Part shown: piece by piece, positions 12,119 through 25,679 of the stretch
Layout of the letters: every line of letters starts with the position of its first letter
Numbering within the stretch: position 1 is the stretch's first letter
The notes under the pieces: model-generated
Seen by the model: the letters and a program-made list of their open reading frames with translations, nothing else
The model's database searches: none
What the model was told of the DNA's origin: nothing
Assembly (NCBI GenBank): GCA_001949185.1
Contig: BDGG01000001.1
Span: 6,175,591-6,239,590 of the forward strand
Source: Ramazzottius varieornatus
Taxonomy: Eukaryota > Animalia > Tardigrada
Reading direction: 5' to 3'
Length of the DNA stretch: 64,000 bases
Translations under genes and position numbers: made by a program

Positions 12119-14316
12119 ATGTCCGACGAAGAAGACGACTTTGATCATCGGCCAAGTTTCGGTGCACCACGACAAGATGTGCTGCACTTCGGCACGCTGG
12201 ACATGGCAGGGGCAAATGGAAAAGAAGCCGTGGTGGAAGATGAACCTATGGAAGACGGCGGAAAGCCAGCAGGTACTATTTTATTTGTTGAACCATCTCA
12301 AATTTCGAAGCACTTCCGGTGTAGCTCTCTGACTGCTTTTACGGCCATGTCAACACTAATGCTTTTTCCTGCAGACTCTGTCGATCTGGACCAGGTACCT
12401 AATACAGCTCTGGAAAAGTATATGGCAGAGAGCGAGCTAAAGAAGAAAGCAAAACTGATCCACGTTCCGACGGACGACGCAGAAATCAACCAAATGTTCC
12501 GTTCAGTTGGTGAGCCTATCTGTCTCCACGGCGAACAGAAGCTCGACAGGATCGAACGACTGAAAAAGCTACTAGCTGTGATTGGAGATATCAGGCAATA
12601 TCAGCAACAGAAGGAAGAAGAGAAGAGTCGGAAAGAACTCGATGTAAGAAAACCATCAAATATCCCATGTTAAACTCCGAAATACAAACAAGTGTCTTTT
12701 TCCTTTTGTAGAAACAAACTTGGTATCATACTGGGCCTGATTCCTTGGCTGCCGCTCGAGTGTTCATTGCTACGTATTCATTACCTCGCGCGAAGGTACG
12801 TCTCGAAAGAGCACGGGAAACAGCTAAGCTACCCGCTTCGCAGCAAATGGCAACCATCCAAGAAGGCCAAAAGAAACTGCGGAACTTTACCAACTACTCC
12901 AGCCAAGTCGGCGACAATCGACCATTGTCCTACTGCTCCTTTAGTCCGAACTCTCAGCTCTTAGCGACGGCTTCATGGTCAGGTACGTTGGCTGTCGCTA
13001 GAAAAAAGTATTTTGCTCGTTTGAGCAACCCGTCGCTTAATGATGCGTCAGTTGCGATGTTGATGCATGTTGTTTTGCTGTGATGAAAGCGTGTTTATCT
13101 TTTGATCATGCACTGGGCGGAAATTGATGTGTTGTTGCTTTTAGGTCTTTGCAAGCTATGGTCCATACCGGAATCCAACCTTCTCCGGACATTCCGTGGC
13201 CATTCCAATGTAATGGCTTCCGCCATCGTCTTTCACCCCTTCTCCACCATCGGGCAAAGCGAAGACAGTCTGAACCTGGCATCCTGCGCGGTAGACGGCG
13301 GAGTTAAATTCTGGAACCTCAACTCCGATGAACCCATCGGAGGCCTGGATAGCCACAAACCCCACAGAGTGTCCAGATTGGCCTTCCATCCCTCCGGAAG
13401 GTTTCTGGGCTCGTGTTGCTTCGACCAGTCGTGGAGGCTATACGACTTGCAGGCCGAAGAGGAAGTGCTCTTCCAGGAAGGCCACTCCAAGGAAGTGTAC
13501 TGCATAGCGTTTCAGCCTGACGGATCGCTGGCTGTCACAGGGTATGTTAAACTCCCCACAGACTATTGTAAAAGCTCTTTCGGTGGAAAGAGAGAAATAA
13601 ACCAAAATAACACCGTCGGAAAACTTGTCATGCTTGGCGGTTTTCTCAAAGAGGTGTATATTTCTGGCAAAAATGCTTCGTGAATTTCCTCCCCCTTCCA
13701 GAACGCACAAAAACTTGCCACCGGTCGAACTATCTGAAAGTGTGTTCAAAGAGAAGTCTTTCTGTCGAAATGTCTCAAAGTGTTCGTACTATGATGGGCT
13801 TTCTGATCGATTCCCCGCTAACCAGCCCTGATTAATGCCACTTTTTCTATGTTCCTTCTTACATACCGTTAGGTTAACCGTGGAATTTGCAGAGGTTTCG
13901 ACTCTTACGGTCGCGTGTGGGATCTCCGCACAGGTCGCTGCGTGATGTTCATGGAAGGTCATCTCAAGAGCATCCTCTCGGTCGACTGTGCCTCCAACGG
14001 CTACCACATTGCCACTGCGTCCGAGGACCACACCTGCATGATATGGGACCTTCGGCAACGTGGCTGCATCTACAAGCTGCCTGCACACAACCAGCTGGTT
14101 TCTTCCGTCCACTTCGAGCCCAACAACGGCCAGCACCTAGTCACCGCTTCATACGACAAGACCATCAAACTGTGGTCGTCCCCCCACTGGAGTCCGCCGT
14201 TGAAGACTTTGACGGGCCATGATAATAAGGTTATGTGTGCTTGTATCTCGCCTGATCAGAAATACATTGCCAGTGCTTCTTATGATCGAACTTTCAAGTT
14301 ATGGGCACCAGAATGA
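12119..14316 (+). CDS. PRPF4: U4/U6 snRNP protein Prp4 (WD40), about 5 exons
   Basis: SFM/PRP4 motif [62 protein letters not shown] repeats ([38 protein letters not shown]). Confidence 0.96.
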
Positions 14317-14789
14317 TTGGAAGTCTTGTTGCACTAGTAGTACGTTCTACGTACCTTGTTTTCTGAATTCGTCGACTCTAAAAAAGGCCGAACACAGTTT
14401 CGAGATCCGAATGAAGCATTGCCTAACGAAATCGCACGTGGCCGTCGCATGAGCTCGTACATGCAAATTTGAGTACTACTGACCGGTGCGGATCACATTC
14501 GCGCCGAGGAAGTATCAGTTGATGGTTTTGGAGCGTTCTTGTTGAACGATCGTGTGATGCGACAAGTTTCATTGAAACATATTCCGAATATGGTTTCGAA
14601 TTTCCGTTCATCATAACTTTTCAAGACTGGCGCAAAGTTGTACTGCGAAGACGAAGAACGTCCAAGAGAACGAAGAAAAAACAAGGAATAATATGTCAAC
14701 TCAGTAAGACAGAGTGTTAGACTTTCTTGCTTCGGCGTCGATTTGGGTCTATTTGGGTCTCGCGAGTACTTCGTGAGTACAGGCGGTCG

Positions 14790-16090
14790 GAGGTCTGGTA
14801 TTATGCCCGGGATGTTGACAGGATCTCTGGAGGCTGCGGGAGCTAACTGTCGAGACCTTTCCATCTGAATCCGAGACAATGCGTCAGCGATTCCGTTGTT
14901 CACCCCGCTGACGTACTTGAGATTCAGAGTGAGATTATTATCCGCTGCTACTGTGCACATGCGTCGCATCAGGTTAAGTACTGCGTTGTTACTCGAGCCA
15001 AGTTTTCCCCATGCGAATACTGCACCGAGGTTGTCCCAGTGAAAAATAAGTCGTTTGAGGCGAAACAACTTTTCCTCAAACAAATAACGCTGTGCATGGA
15101 TTTTTCTGAAGAACCCACTGAGGCCATTTCGACTGAAACACTGGCCATCAAACAAACCACCCATTCGAGTGGCAGACCCGTCAGTGTAGTTGTAACACTG
15201 AACTGCAGGTCCGATTGACGTCGAAGAACAAAGTGAGGCCACTAAACTTAGGAAGAAAGGTGCGCCACCGCTGTAGATCAAGCCAGAAATCTTCGTTCAG
15301 AGTGATTTTTCGATGTTGGGTCCTGTGATATTCGGACAAGAGCTGCATCATTCGCCGGGTAAGAAGCCTACTTGCAGGTACGCATTTCGCTGAGAACTGT
15401 AGTTTCCCGATTATACTCTGTAATTCTGTGCGTGCGATTCTCGATGCCTCAGACCACGTACGTAGGATTTCCATAATTTCTTCGAACTTCGCTTGTGGTA
15501 AACTGAGCGTTTAAGCAACTGAATCCAACTGTATACCGAGGAATACCAGGGTTGCTACTGGTCCTTTGGCTTTCTCAGTAACGAGAGGTACGCCTAGCTC
15601 ACTTTGTATACGTTTCATTGCGTTAATCACTCGGGCCCGCCTGTGATCAGAAAACCGTCGACGTAATGTAAGATGTTTTTTGTGGCCAGTACAGCGTTCA
15701 AGTATCCAGTGGACGGCATAGGAGAACAAGCAAAAGAGGAAAGGAGACAATCGGCAGCCGGAAGGGAAGGACAATATCAAGATAACAAAGACCATTGACA
15801 AGATATCCGAGAAGAGGCCAGTCTTGCGGGCGAACAGGGACTGGGCGGAAGGTAGCTTTCATATCCTCCTTCGCTATGAGTGCACCCCGGCCGACAGACT
15901 GCAGCATCTTACATGCCATCATCAATCAGTTCGACTAAGAAGTTCGCGTGATGAGAAAACGCAAATGATTTTAACCATCGAGAGCATTCTCGAGGTGCGT
16001 AGCTAAACATGAAAGTACGAGGAAGTTTAATCGTTGAAGGTGACAGTCGGGACATGGCGAATGGTCAGTGAAGAAAAACCACTGACAGCG
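14790..16090 (-). pseudogene. Decayed DIRS/Ngaro-type (tyrosine-recombinase retrotransposon) RT and RNase H
   Basis: Frameshifted fragments: GRGALIAKEDMKATFRPVPVRPQDWPLLG..LPF, SPFLF, HYVDGFL (YxDD altered), LGVPL..K.GP..LVFLGIQLDS, LQSIIGKLQF, YTDGS..GG, GVNNGIADALSR. Confidence 0.85.
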
Positions 16091-16409
16091 GGAAATCCCC
16101 TTATGATGACCAGAGTACGCCCTGTCTGACTGTGAGCTGCCGAGGATGATAGTGCTTATTAATATACGCACTCACAATAATTATTATTTTCGACAATAAC
16201 ATTCTAATAATTCCGAGGTTGAACAATTATTTGTAGGTTAAAGACTTTATCTCGTTACAGGATAAGCCATCGGTGGTGTGGCTGCCGGGTTCATCTACCA
16301 GTAATAAGGAGGACCAACAACTTGGCTAGCTTATAGGGTATTCGAATTTGTGATAGCGGGATGTTACGCTACGACAAGAGCTACAGCTTTGAATTATCAG
16401 GTGCAAAAA

Positions 16410-16520
16410 CAACCTAATATAATAAATCTTATCAAATTACATTAAATCAGATTCGATCCGGAGGGTCGATGTTATGTTAAAATTATACCAGGTTCGGATT
16501 TGCTTTTGCCAACATCACTA
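16410..16520. mobile_element. Partial copy (right end) of MITE family A
   Basis: Ends in GCCAACATCACTA and shares AGATTCGA.CCGGAGG..AAATTAT with 18080-18125. Confidence 0.6.
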
Positions 16521-16550
16521 AGTGGCTTCGAAGAAGTAGGCACGTGTAAT

Positions 16551-19059
16551 TCAGTCCCAGTAGGTATTTAGCTCATTTGTCACGCCTATCGGATGCACCG
16601 CGTTGTTCTTGTAATTGCCTTCTGTACCTTTCTTCGGATCTTTCGAGTCAGTGCCTTCCATTCCTAGTAGAATGTATCCCACCTTCGGATCGCAAAAGCA
16701 TCGGAAATAACGGTATAACTTCGATCACGTTCAATGCAGTCAGTAGCGTAGCACGCATACCTCGCCCATTTCCGCCAAATCCCCGCCGCGTAACTCGTCT
16801 TCTTCAGATTGTCGCAGGTGCAGCCCCGGAATTTTGTTAATCACGAAGAGTAATGCGAAACTTACGAAGAACGCCCACGCTGCCTGTATACAGGAACAAT
16901 ACACAGTACTATGACAGTTCCCGCAAAGAAAGTAGTGCAGGTAGACTTACAATTACAGCAGAAGCGCCAATTTGGTACACGAGCTGCACCCAGTTCCCTT
17001 CTATTAGTCCCCCCGCCATATCGGTCCCATCTAATTGGCCAATCCATTTTTGCGCAAAAATACCAGTCATGACGTTTCCCAGAAAACCTCCAGCTCCATG
17101 TAGGCTCCCTGCATCAAACGAGTCATCGATCCCCAATCGCTTTTTCAACCGACAAAACCCATTGCATCCGATCGACACCACTACTCCAATCACGCACGCT
17201 GACCTAAGAAGAAGATTGCGTTTCACTCTCGTCGTATTTTTACGAGCTATGCATTATAGTGCTCCAAAGTACAGCATCGATATCCCACACTATTGTAACG
17301 CACCACGGTGCCACAAATCCTGATGCCGGTGTGATGCCAACAAGTCCTGCCACGACTCCGGAGCAAAAGCTAAAAGCGGAAAGCTTCTTGGTTCCCTTGT
17401 AATCCAACAAGACCCACGCCATGCCTCCCGAGGCCGCTGATATCGTAGTTACAGTTGATGCCTGAATCCAACCACAAGTTCGACAAGAATGAAAGAGGGA
17501 CCGTTTGAAGACTAAGAAGCTTACCATGACCGCTCGGGGAGTTGCCGCGCCAGCCGATCCACCGTTGAAGGCGAACCAGCCAAACCACAGAATGCCGGTG
17601 CCGAACATCATGTTAACTAGGTTATGGTGTTCAGCGTGGATTAGCTTTCGTTTGCCAAGCACCACCAGATATGCCAGTCCCGAAAACCCCGCAACGATAT
17701 GAACAGGGCCGCCGCCGGCGAAGTCGTAAGCACCGGTGTAACATGGGTTCTCGTAGTAATCGTCAGCGCCCAAACAAGCAATGTTCCTTATGAAACCATG
17801 GTCTGCCCACGTCCTAAAGAGCACAATTGCCATCAGACGTATATGTGAACATACTGTAATTGAAAATAGTGATGTTGGAACATATCAATATTATATCAAA
17901 TTAAGCAATATTAGATGCTTTTTTCATCTAATATATAATATTAACATTTATTAGATGACCCCTGCGAAAAATTTATTAGATTAACATTAAATTAGGTGCA
18001 AGATGGCCTATTTTGGCTAATATATCATACTAAAATTAGCTGTTTAAATGCAAAACGACTTGATATATTAAATTATTTTAATATTAGATTCGACCCGGAG
18101 GATCCGTATTATACTAAAATTATCAGGCCGAGCGAGGCGAGGCCCTTATAAGTCACCCGATTTTAATGCTGATCAGAATGTTCAGTCATAGCTTTATAAC
18201 AAACTCCATTCTGTTAAAAGATGTTCCAGTTGATCGGATTATACTAACTGCTCGATCGGCCTTCCAAGTGGTCAGGACCACTAGCTAGTATTAGGTTCTG
18301 ATCGGCTTATGCCAACATCACTACTTGAAAAACGAATGTTTGGTTCCTACCAGTACGCAACGAAGTCGTAAACCAGTGTCGTCCATAGGAAAACGAAAAC
18401 CATGGCTGGAACAAACCGCGCTCTTTCAGGAACGGATCCAAACACCTGTTGGAGTATCAGCCACTTCTAGCTTTGTCTTCAGATTACGGTTTCTGAAAGG
18501 GTGAAACGTTGCCTACCAGCGCCGCGGTTATGCCGGCGAACTGCATTTGATACAGCATAAATACCAAAGCAGGAACCGCAGGTGCCGTATGGGGAAACGA
18601 GTGGGTACCCAACCTAGAAAAAAGCTCATCAGAAAGAACAACGGACGTGTTATGTCGGCCAACATGAAACGAGACTACCCGTCGAGCGCTCCGTAGTTAA
18701 AGTCGCCGATAAATGGACTGCCGGTGGGCGAGAAAGCCAGGCTGAAGCCAAAGAGGAAGAACTGGATGACGACTATTGCCATTGCCATCATACATACCTG
18801 TTAACCAACAAATGTCTGGTAATGACGAGGCTGTCCCGGTTCTTGAAAAGACAAATTAGGAGGACGAAGTACAACAGACCATCATAAGAGAAAGGGCACT
18901 GGAGAACTTGGAAAGTCCAGAGTAGAAGAAGGCGAGACCGGGGGTCATCACAAACACCAGTGCGGAACCCCATAGTAAGAGAGTTATGGAAGCGGTCCCC
19001 GGGTCCACTGGCAGGAATATGGTAGGAGCCGTTGTGGTTGACGTCCGATTTCTGCGCAT
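16551..19059 (-). CDS. Ammonium transporter of the MEP/Amt2 clade, 9 exons
   Basis: SALVFVMTPGLAFFYSG, FSLAFS, YQMQFAGITAALVFGSVPER, WTTLVYDFVAYWTW, DFAGGGPVHIVAGFSGLA, ILWFGWFAFNGGS, GVVAGLVGITPASGFV, IDDSFDAGSLHGAGG, INKIPGLHLR..EMGE. Eight GT-AG introns give a continuous frame. Confidence 0.93.
17867..18323. mobile_element. MITE family A, complete, inside Amt intron 4
   Basis: Perfect inverted termini TAGTGATGTTGG / CCAACATCACTA flanking an AT-rich core. Confidence 0.8.
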
Positions 19060-20709
19060 TTTTGATGTGCGTCCTCAAAGAATCGGAACGGCCCGCTGGC
19101 ATTAATAGTAATCTGGAGTGTTGCAATTGTGACCGCTCACATGCATCTCGGCCAAAGTTGTGATAACCTGCAAATATTGTGAATGAGCCTTAACCTGGTG
19201 CACGCAGTTGGTCTGATTATCGGCTGGGACAACATTATCGACCACTGGCCGGAAGTGGCAGCTGTCAGTTGAAGCTGAGCAATCGAACTAATCAAACGAC
19301 GCACTGCCGCGCTCGGCCGGTGGCCGATAATTTTGTCCCGCCGATAATTAGGCAGATCGTGTGTACCGGTCCGCCATTCCGGTCTCGAGACGAGCAAATT
19401 TTTTCAATAATCCTGGGCATGAGCGACACCCATTTGCTCTGGAGACAAACCGCGTATAGAATAATAATGTGACGGAAAAAATCCCGGCTCGCGATGGGTC
19501 GAAGAAAATTGGAATTTCTTCGAGGCGAGTGCACTAGCAATCTCGTTATGGATTCTTATGTGCAACGTCTATACCTATACGGGTTACTGCAATCCAGAAA
19601 ACTGTCTTTAGGAGCAAACTCGTGGTGTACAAGTTCGATAAGTCGCCTTGCACTTTTCCGTCAAAAATTCACTGCTGGGTTGCTCGCATACGGAGCACAA
19701 GTAGAACGAGGCAAAGTCGTTCCTTCCAATATCCGCCTTGGCCGTTTCTTCGTCTTCCGGATCACATTGATTATAACAGCGGGATCCCGTCAACATAGTC
19801 GGTATCGGGGACCATTGAACAGAGTAAAAATCAAGCTCTGTAAAGTAGCTCAATAAAAAGAAAGCTGTGCGACGCAGTGAATGAACCTGTCGAACTGCAA
19901 TTTGAAGCCATCAATTTCGAACCACTCGTCACGAAGGTGCTCTTGCGGAGCTGTACAGCCGGTATTTATTCCCTGGCCGCTGAGCGCACCCTAGGCAGTT
20001 GACATTTGATAACCTATCAAACCAGAAGTAATTTGGGCTAATTTACGAATAAGAAGAAAACCTCTCCACCTGCACGGGAAGTTCATCAGCTAGTGCGTGA
20101 CTTGTGTTTTATGTTCCTACAGTATATCAGTCAGCACGCTGACGAACTAAGACCGCTGAACTCTTCTCCGTCTTGACGAACAACCGGTCACTTGCCGATA
20201 ACGAATACATCAAGTGCTTGTTATAATGTTATCGGAAGTATAAACAGGTGGTGGTTGCGACCATAATCCGCCCTGCATTTACAGATTTGCTGTTAATAAT
20301 GCAAACTCCCACCAGCTCCCTCTGGTGATTGGCTTGCCCCGGGCCGTATCCCTCGTTCCCGCTTGTGCGTGTCGTATCGATCGGAAATTGCAGTCTGCAG
20401 AGGTCCTATAATTATACAGTCAGTTCCTACGCTGTGTCTTGTGCCCAACACCTGGGCGCCTGTACCGAAACACTGTGAATGCACGGGACTTAGCATCCTA
20501 GTTGCTGATTTGCGCTCCTCATCCACCAACAAACATCCTCTTCGTACACGTGCTTTGATGTCTAGCATATGCTGCAGTTTGCTCTTATTCAGGACAGAAG
20601 AAGTACCGGGGATTTCTTTGGATGGATCGAAAGCAGAATCGGATATTTGATATTAAGGAGGCGGGGGAAGTTCGATCAATTTAAAGCTGGAGACAGTGGT
20701 TGCAGTCGG

Positions 20710-23700
20710 ATGAAGAACATGTCCATACGGAGCTTGTGTGGATCTCGTGCGGACTTTAACCAACGATACCACACTAAAGATGAGCTGCAAGACGGTAAGA
20801 CTACTTCTGAGTACGACCCAGTTGGCCCACTTGCATTAGAAATACCTTTCTGCTTGCAGTTGGTCGAGGTATCGGGGAGAGAGATCTGGTGGAAGAAGAC
20901 GAGTTGGGTGGCGAGTATATGCCGGTGCCAGGTGGTCCATTTTCGGCCATGATACCCTCGCTCTGGCCACAGAAGATTCTACAGACCATCTCGGAGGTAC
21001 GCTAACGTGGCGATCTCATTTTCATTTGCGCAACGGTAAACGCGCACGTTTGAGTTTGTTGTATTTTGAGTTCGAGGAAAAAAGTTTCTTATCGGTCTGA
21101 AACTATTTGAACAACCAAGAGCGGATCGATAGTGGTACACCGCCATCATTTAAAAATGTCCGCAAAGCGGTCATATTTCTACCTTGTTCCCTCGACGTGA
21201 ACTTCGTGCACGTATACCGTATTTTTTTGTCTTGCAGAGCCCAGAAGGAGTTACCTACAACGAATTTGGTTTCGTCAGATCTGCAACAGGTTAGCGCGAC
21301 GTTTTCCCCTGAGATCTGCTTTCTTCGTTTTTGTGGGGAAATACTATTGCGAAGATGGTTTCCAGATCCGGACAGAGAGCCCTTCGATGACAAAGCACAC
21401 CAGAAATTACCATGGCTGGCCCATCTGGAGTTCTCTGTGGCAGATCAGACGAAGGACAACAAAATGTCATGGGACAAAGTACGCTTACCGCCCACCTCAG
21501 TACTTTATCCAACGGGTTGAAGTGCCATAGCTTGAAGACGGCAGAATAAACAGGTGTATTGTTTCCAGATGCACCATAAGGTCGCACACACCGAGAAGCT
21601 TCGCAGCATGATTTTAGACGGCATTCCACATTCACTGCGCGCTCAAATGTGGATGCGTCTCTCCGGAGCTGTGGAAAAGAAATATGGGTCGGAGATTGCT
21701 TATGGCGACATCGTCCGAAGCAGCATCAAAATCCATCGTGCGGATGACAAAATTATCGAAAGGGTAACGTGTCTGCAGATGTTGCACAGCTCAGCATGTG
21801 TACTGTAACACGTGTCTGAATTTGTCCCGTCAGGATATTCTTCGTATTTTTCCTTCCCATCCATGTTTCTCCAACCGATCCTCGACCGGAACGAACCGCC
21901 TGCGTCGAGTATTGCGAAGTCTGGTGTGGATGTACCCTAACATTGGGTATTGCCCAGGATATTGCTCGGTAAGGCCTTTTCGAGATCCAGTTCTTATCAC
22001 ATGTTTGGATATTTCAGCGAACTCAATACGGATGTGTTGTTTCGGCTTTGCAGATTGTGGCGCCACTACTCCTCTTCTTGGAAGAAAACGACGCCTTCTG
22101 GTTGATGACTGTGATCATTGAAACGCTTCTGCCACCTTCATATTTTGCTCATGGCATGCTTGGAGCTCAGGTAAAAATCGTCCCCGTCTGCACTGCCTGA
22201 TTGAAATTTTGTTTCTTTCGGACCGCGAAGAAATCTTTTTTTTATTTTCTGTTGACTCCAGGCGGATCAAAAAGTCCTCTTGGAACTTATCGAAGAGTAC
22301 ATGCCGGAAGTTGCAGCCAAATTCAAAAAAGAAGACATCGGTACGAAAAGGCACCTACACAGCGTTTCCCAACACGGTCCCAACGGAGCTGCCTTCCAAG
22401 TTTTCGTTGTTTTACGTGAAACCAGTGTTTTAATGTTACAGACATGACTCTGGTGACCATTTCATGGTTTATGTCGCTGTTTTCGAACGTACTCAATATC
22501 AGCAGCCTACTACCCCTATGGGACTGGTTCTTCTACGATGGTTCGATTGTGCTGCTCCAAACCACCCTCGGCATGATGAAGGAGAAGGTGAAACTGAACG
22601 ATTTACCGCATCAAGGAACCGTTTTGTGAGGCAGTACCTCATGTTTTCCAGAGTGAGGATATGCTTCAGCTGGAGTCAGCCGTCCTCTTCAACTACCTGT
22701 CCAGTCTCCCTAACAGTATTCCCAGCATGGCGGCAACACTAAAGGTAAGCTTGTCTATATATGGCATCATTGTACGCACTTGGTTCAGCTGCCATTGGAC
22801 CGAACGGAATATCCCTTTGCGTTTGATCTGCAGATGGGCGCCTCATTATCCACCAATCTAACGCCGGAAGTTATCCATCAGAAACGTCAGAAGCACTTGG
22901 CGGTCATGATGGCCTCCACTGGCAGCCTTTTCGCGCCCAACTTTCCCTTCAACATGCCTAATCAGGCGGGTTCAACCCTTCCGAAGCCTAACCGACTCCA
23001 CAGACACTCAACCACATGGAGATTCCTGACAGTTCTATTTTTGGTGATTCCAGGAAGTTTCACAAGGGTCGACTGGCAGCATGTTTCGAGGCCTGCTAGC
23101 GGACCATTCCGTCAGCTCAAAACAGAAGAATATCCGGCAGACGGAGCTGCTGGTTAATCTACGAGAAGCCATCTTGATCATATGCCGACACTTTCAGACA
23201 CACGATCTCCAATTAGGAAAAGTAGTACGCCACACTTTCTCTCGATTATCTGGCATCGATACGTTCATGGCGAAATACCGTAGAATGTCCGTTCGGTTCT
23301 TTCGTTTGGTGGTTTATCTTCGGTATCTCTCAAGTATTCACCATCACCCTTATAGAACACAGTGGCCGATTACTCGCCGGAAAGTCATCTGCGTGACCGC
23401 GAAGTTTACGGATCTGCCTCACGCAGTCATTGTCGCCGAGCCAAAGCCGTCATGGATTTCGAGCGGTCAGCTGACGACGAACTGGGCTTCCGCAAGAACG
23501 ACGTCATCATGATTGTTTCCCAGAACGACGAGCATTGCTGGATCGGGGAACTCAATGGTCTGCGTGGCTGGTTCCCGGCACGCTTCGCCGAGCTGCTCGA
23601 TGAACGAGGGAAAGAGGCTCGTATCGTCCATCCCCCATCCACAAACTAAATCTCACCACAGTCAAAGACTACTGTCAACATGGTCTTCTGTCCCTTTTTT

Positions 23701-24884
23701 CAGTACTCTCCGGCCGGTGACGATTCCGTCTATGAGTCCATCGGTGACCTTGTCCGTGAAATCTTGGGCACCACCTTGCTAAGCGTCTTCGAACACGGGC
23801 TGAAGTCCTCTGTCATACTCGGCACTTCGATACACCCCTGGGCTTTCATCGAAGAGGTCTGTTTTGAAGACCCACCTAACATAAACAAGCAGAGATAAAT
23901 TTGGTATTTTCCCCAGGTTGCCGATAAAGAAATTAATCAAGAGCTACAAAGTGTTTATGCGCGGCTGAATCTGTGCAACGCATACAAGTAGGTCATAAAA
24001 GCAGTTTACTTCGTTTGTTGGGATTTCATTCGTGATTCAGGGGAAAACATGATGTACATAATGTGGTTTGAAGTGGAACGCTCAAAGGTTTTACGTTTCG
24101 GTAATTTGATAGACTGGACGAAGATAGTCGCGTGTTAAGTCCGGAAGAGCTGCTGTACAAGGCCGTGCGAAACGTTAACGCGACACATGATGCTGTTCAA
24201 GCGTCGCCGGCAGTGAAATTCCGCTCCTTTATTTGCAGTGGCCTCAAGTACGTTCTTTCCCTCTATACACTTGAGTAGTTATGACGCATCAACACATATT
24301 GATATCTTCCCTTTTCTTTTATGATGGCTACAGTGATCAAGTCTTACATCTATGGTTGGAAGCTTTATGTTCGTGTCGATCCTTGCTGGAGAAATGGTAC
24401 CACGAAGCGTCATTGCTACGAAGTCCCGCTTGGATGCAAATCAAATGCGAACTGCGGTTGGTACCGAGTTACATAATAACCATACCCCCAAATGCCACAC
24501 CGAAAACCTGGACGGCATAAACCGAACCGCGGCACATTCACCCAGATCGTTCTTTCAAGTGGCGCACACTCTCAGTAAACAACAACACAAACCTGCAAGA
24601 CTTGAAAAAACCGTCATATCAAGTGGCGCAGGTTTGCGTTTTATTTGCCGAGAGCGTGCGCCAGTTGGAAACGATCTAAGCGGAACCTATTACCGAGGTC
24701 CCGGTCATGCTTTGTGAACAATAATATCGTCGATGTTTTGTCCTGTAGGATATTGTCCCAGCTGTGCTTTACACTGTCACTCGATTCCGAGATCAGTACA
24801 AAGAAAGCCAACGGATATCCATTACGCGGGAGTGTGCGCGAGTTGCTGGTTAAACACCACTTATTCAGTTGGGAGCTCCAGTGA
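20710..24884 (+). CDS. SGSM3: Small G protein signaling modulator 3 (TBC-SH3-RUN), multi-exon; start uncertain
   Basis: [54 protein letters not shown]3 [46 protein letters not shown]-terminus [13 protein letters not shown]. Confidence 0.93.
24543..24678. mobile_element. Short intronic inverted-repeat element, family TGCGCCA(C/G)TTGG..CGATCT
   Basis: AGATCGTTCTTTCAAGTGGCGCACACTCTC ... GAGAGCGTGCGCCAGTTGGAAACGATCT. Related motifs near 49258-49355, 61882-61910 and 62733-62757. Confidence 0.55.
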
Positions 24885-25679
24885 GTTTTTATCATGTTTC
24901 CGCTCCCCACTGCATGAGTGGCAGAGTTTGACGGAAAGCGCGGAAAGAACAAAGAGAAAAGACGCAGAGGCTGTCGTTGCTGATCTCCTGCTGGACTTCA
25001 TTTGAGCTATTCATCCAGGCGTGGGACTATGATGGCGCAGATGGCTATTATTATGCTTGGGAAAAGTGAGGCGTGAAGTCTGAATCGATAAAAGTTCGAT
25101 CAGCGGAGGTCTTATGCACGACTTGATGTGACAATCCTGCTTGTTTTTTTCCACGATTGTGTTCATCAGTCTAATATCCGGTCGTACGATACCGCTTACA
25201 CGCCCAGTTCAGCCGACACTGGATCCACTTTTCCGCTTTCCCTTCGTTGTTAAAGCTTCCCAGTCAATCAAATAATCAACACTGGTCACAGTATATCAAA
25301 AATTTCACGTGAAAAAATTGAATAACATCTTACGATAATGCACAGCCTTCACATTGAACGCTGTGTCCTAGTTTTGACGATAAGTTATTCGACAATTCGA
25401 TATTCGATCGAGAATGTGAGAAAATGAATGTGCGAATGGTGGCTGAAAATGGCAAAATTGTTGCTCCGGTACCGTAACATGCAATTGTAAATCCTGCTGA
25501 CAGATTCCTTTGTAAGACGATTCCAAAACATAACCAAGGAAAGATTCATCTCGGCGTGTATCCGTTAGGTTAGTTGGACTTCCTGTAGGCTCAAGTAAAC
25601 CCCATGCATTTGTAAAGGCTGTGTTGGAAGTAATTACCGCAACGGAATGTGAACTTTGTGGTTCCTTCTCAGATGGCGG

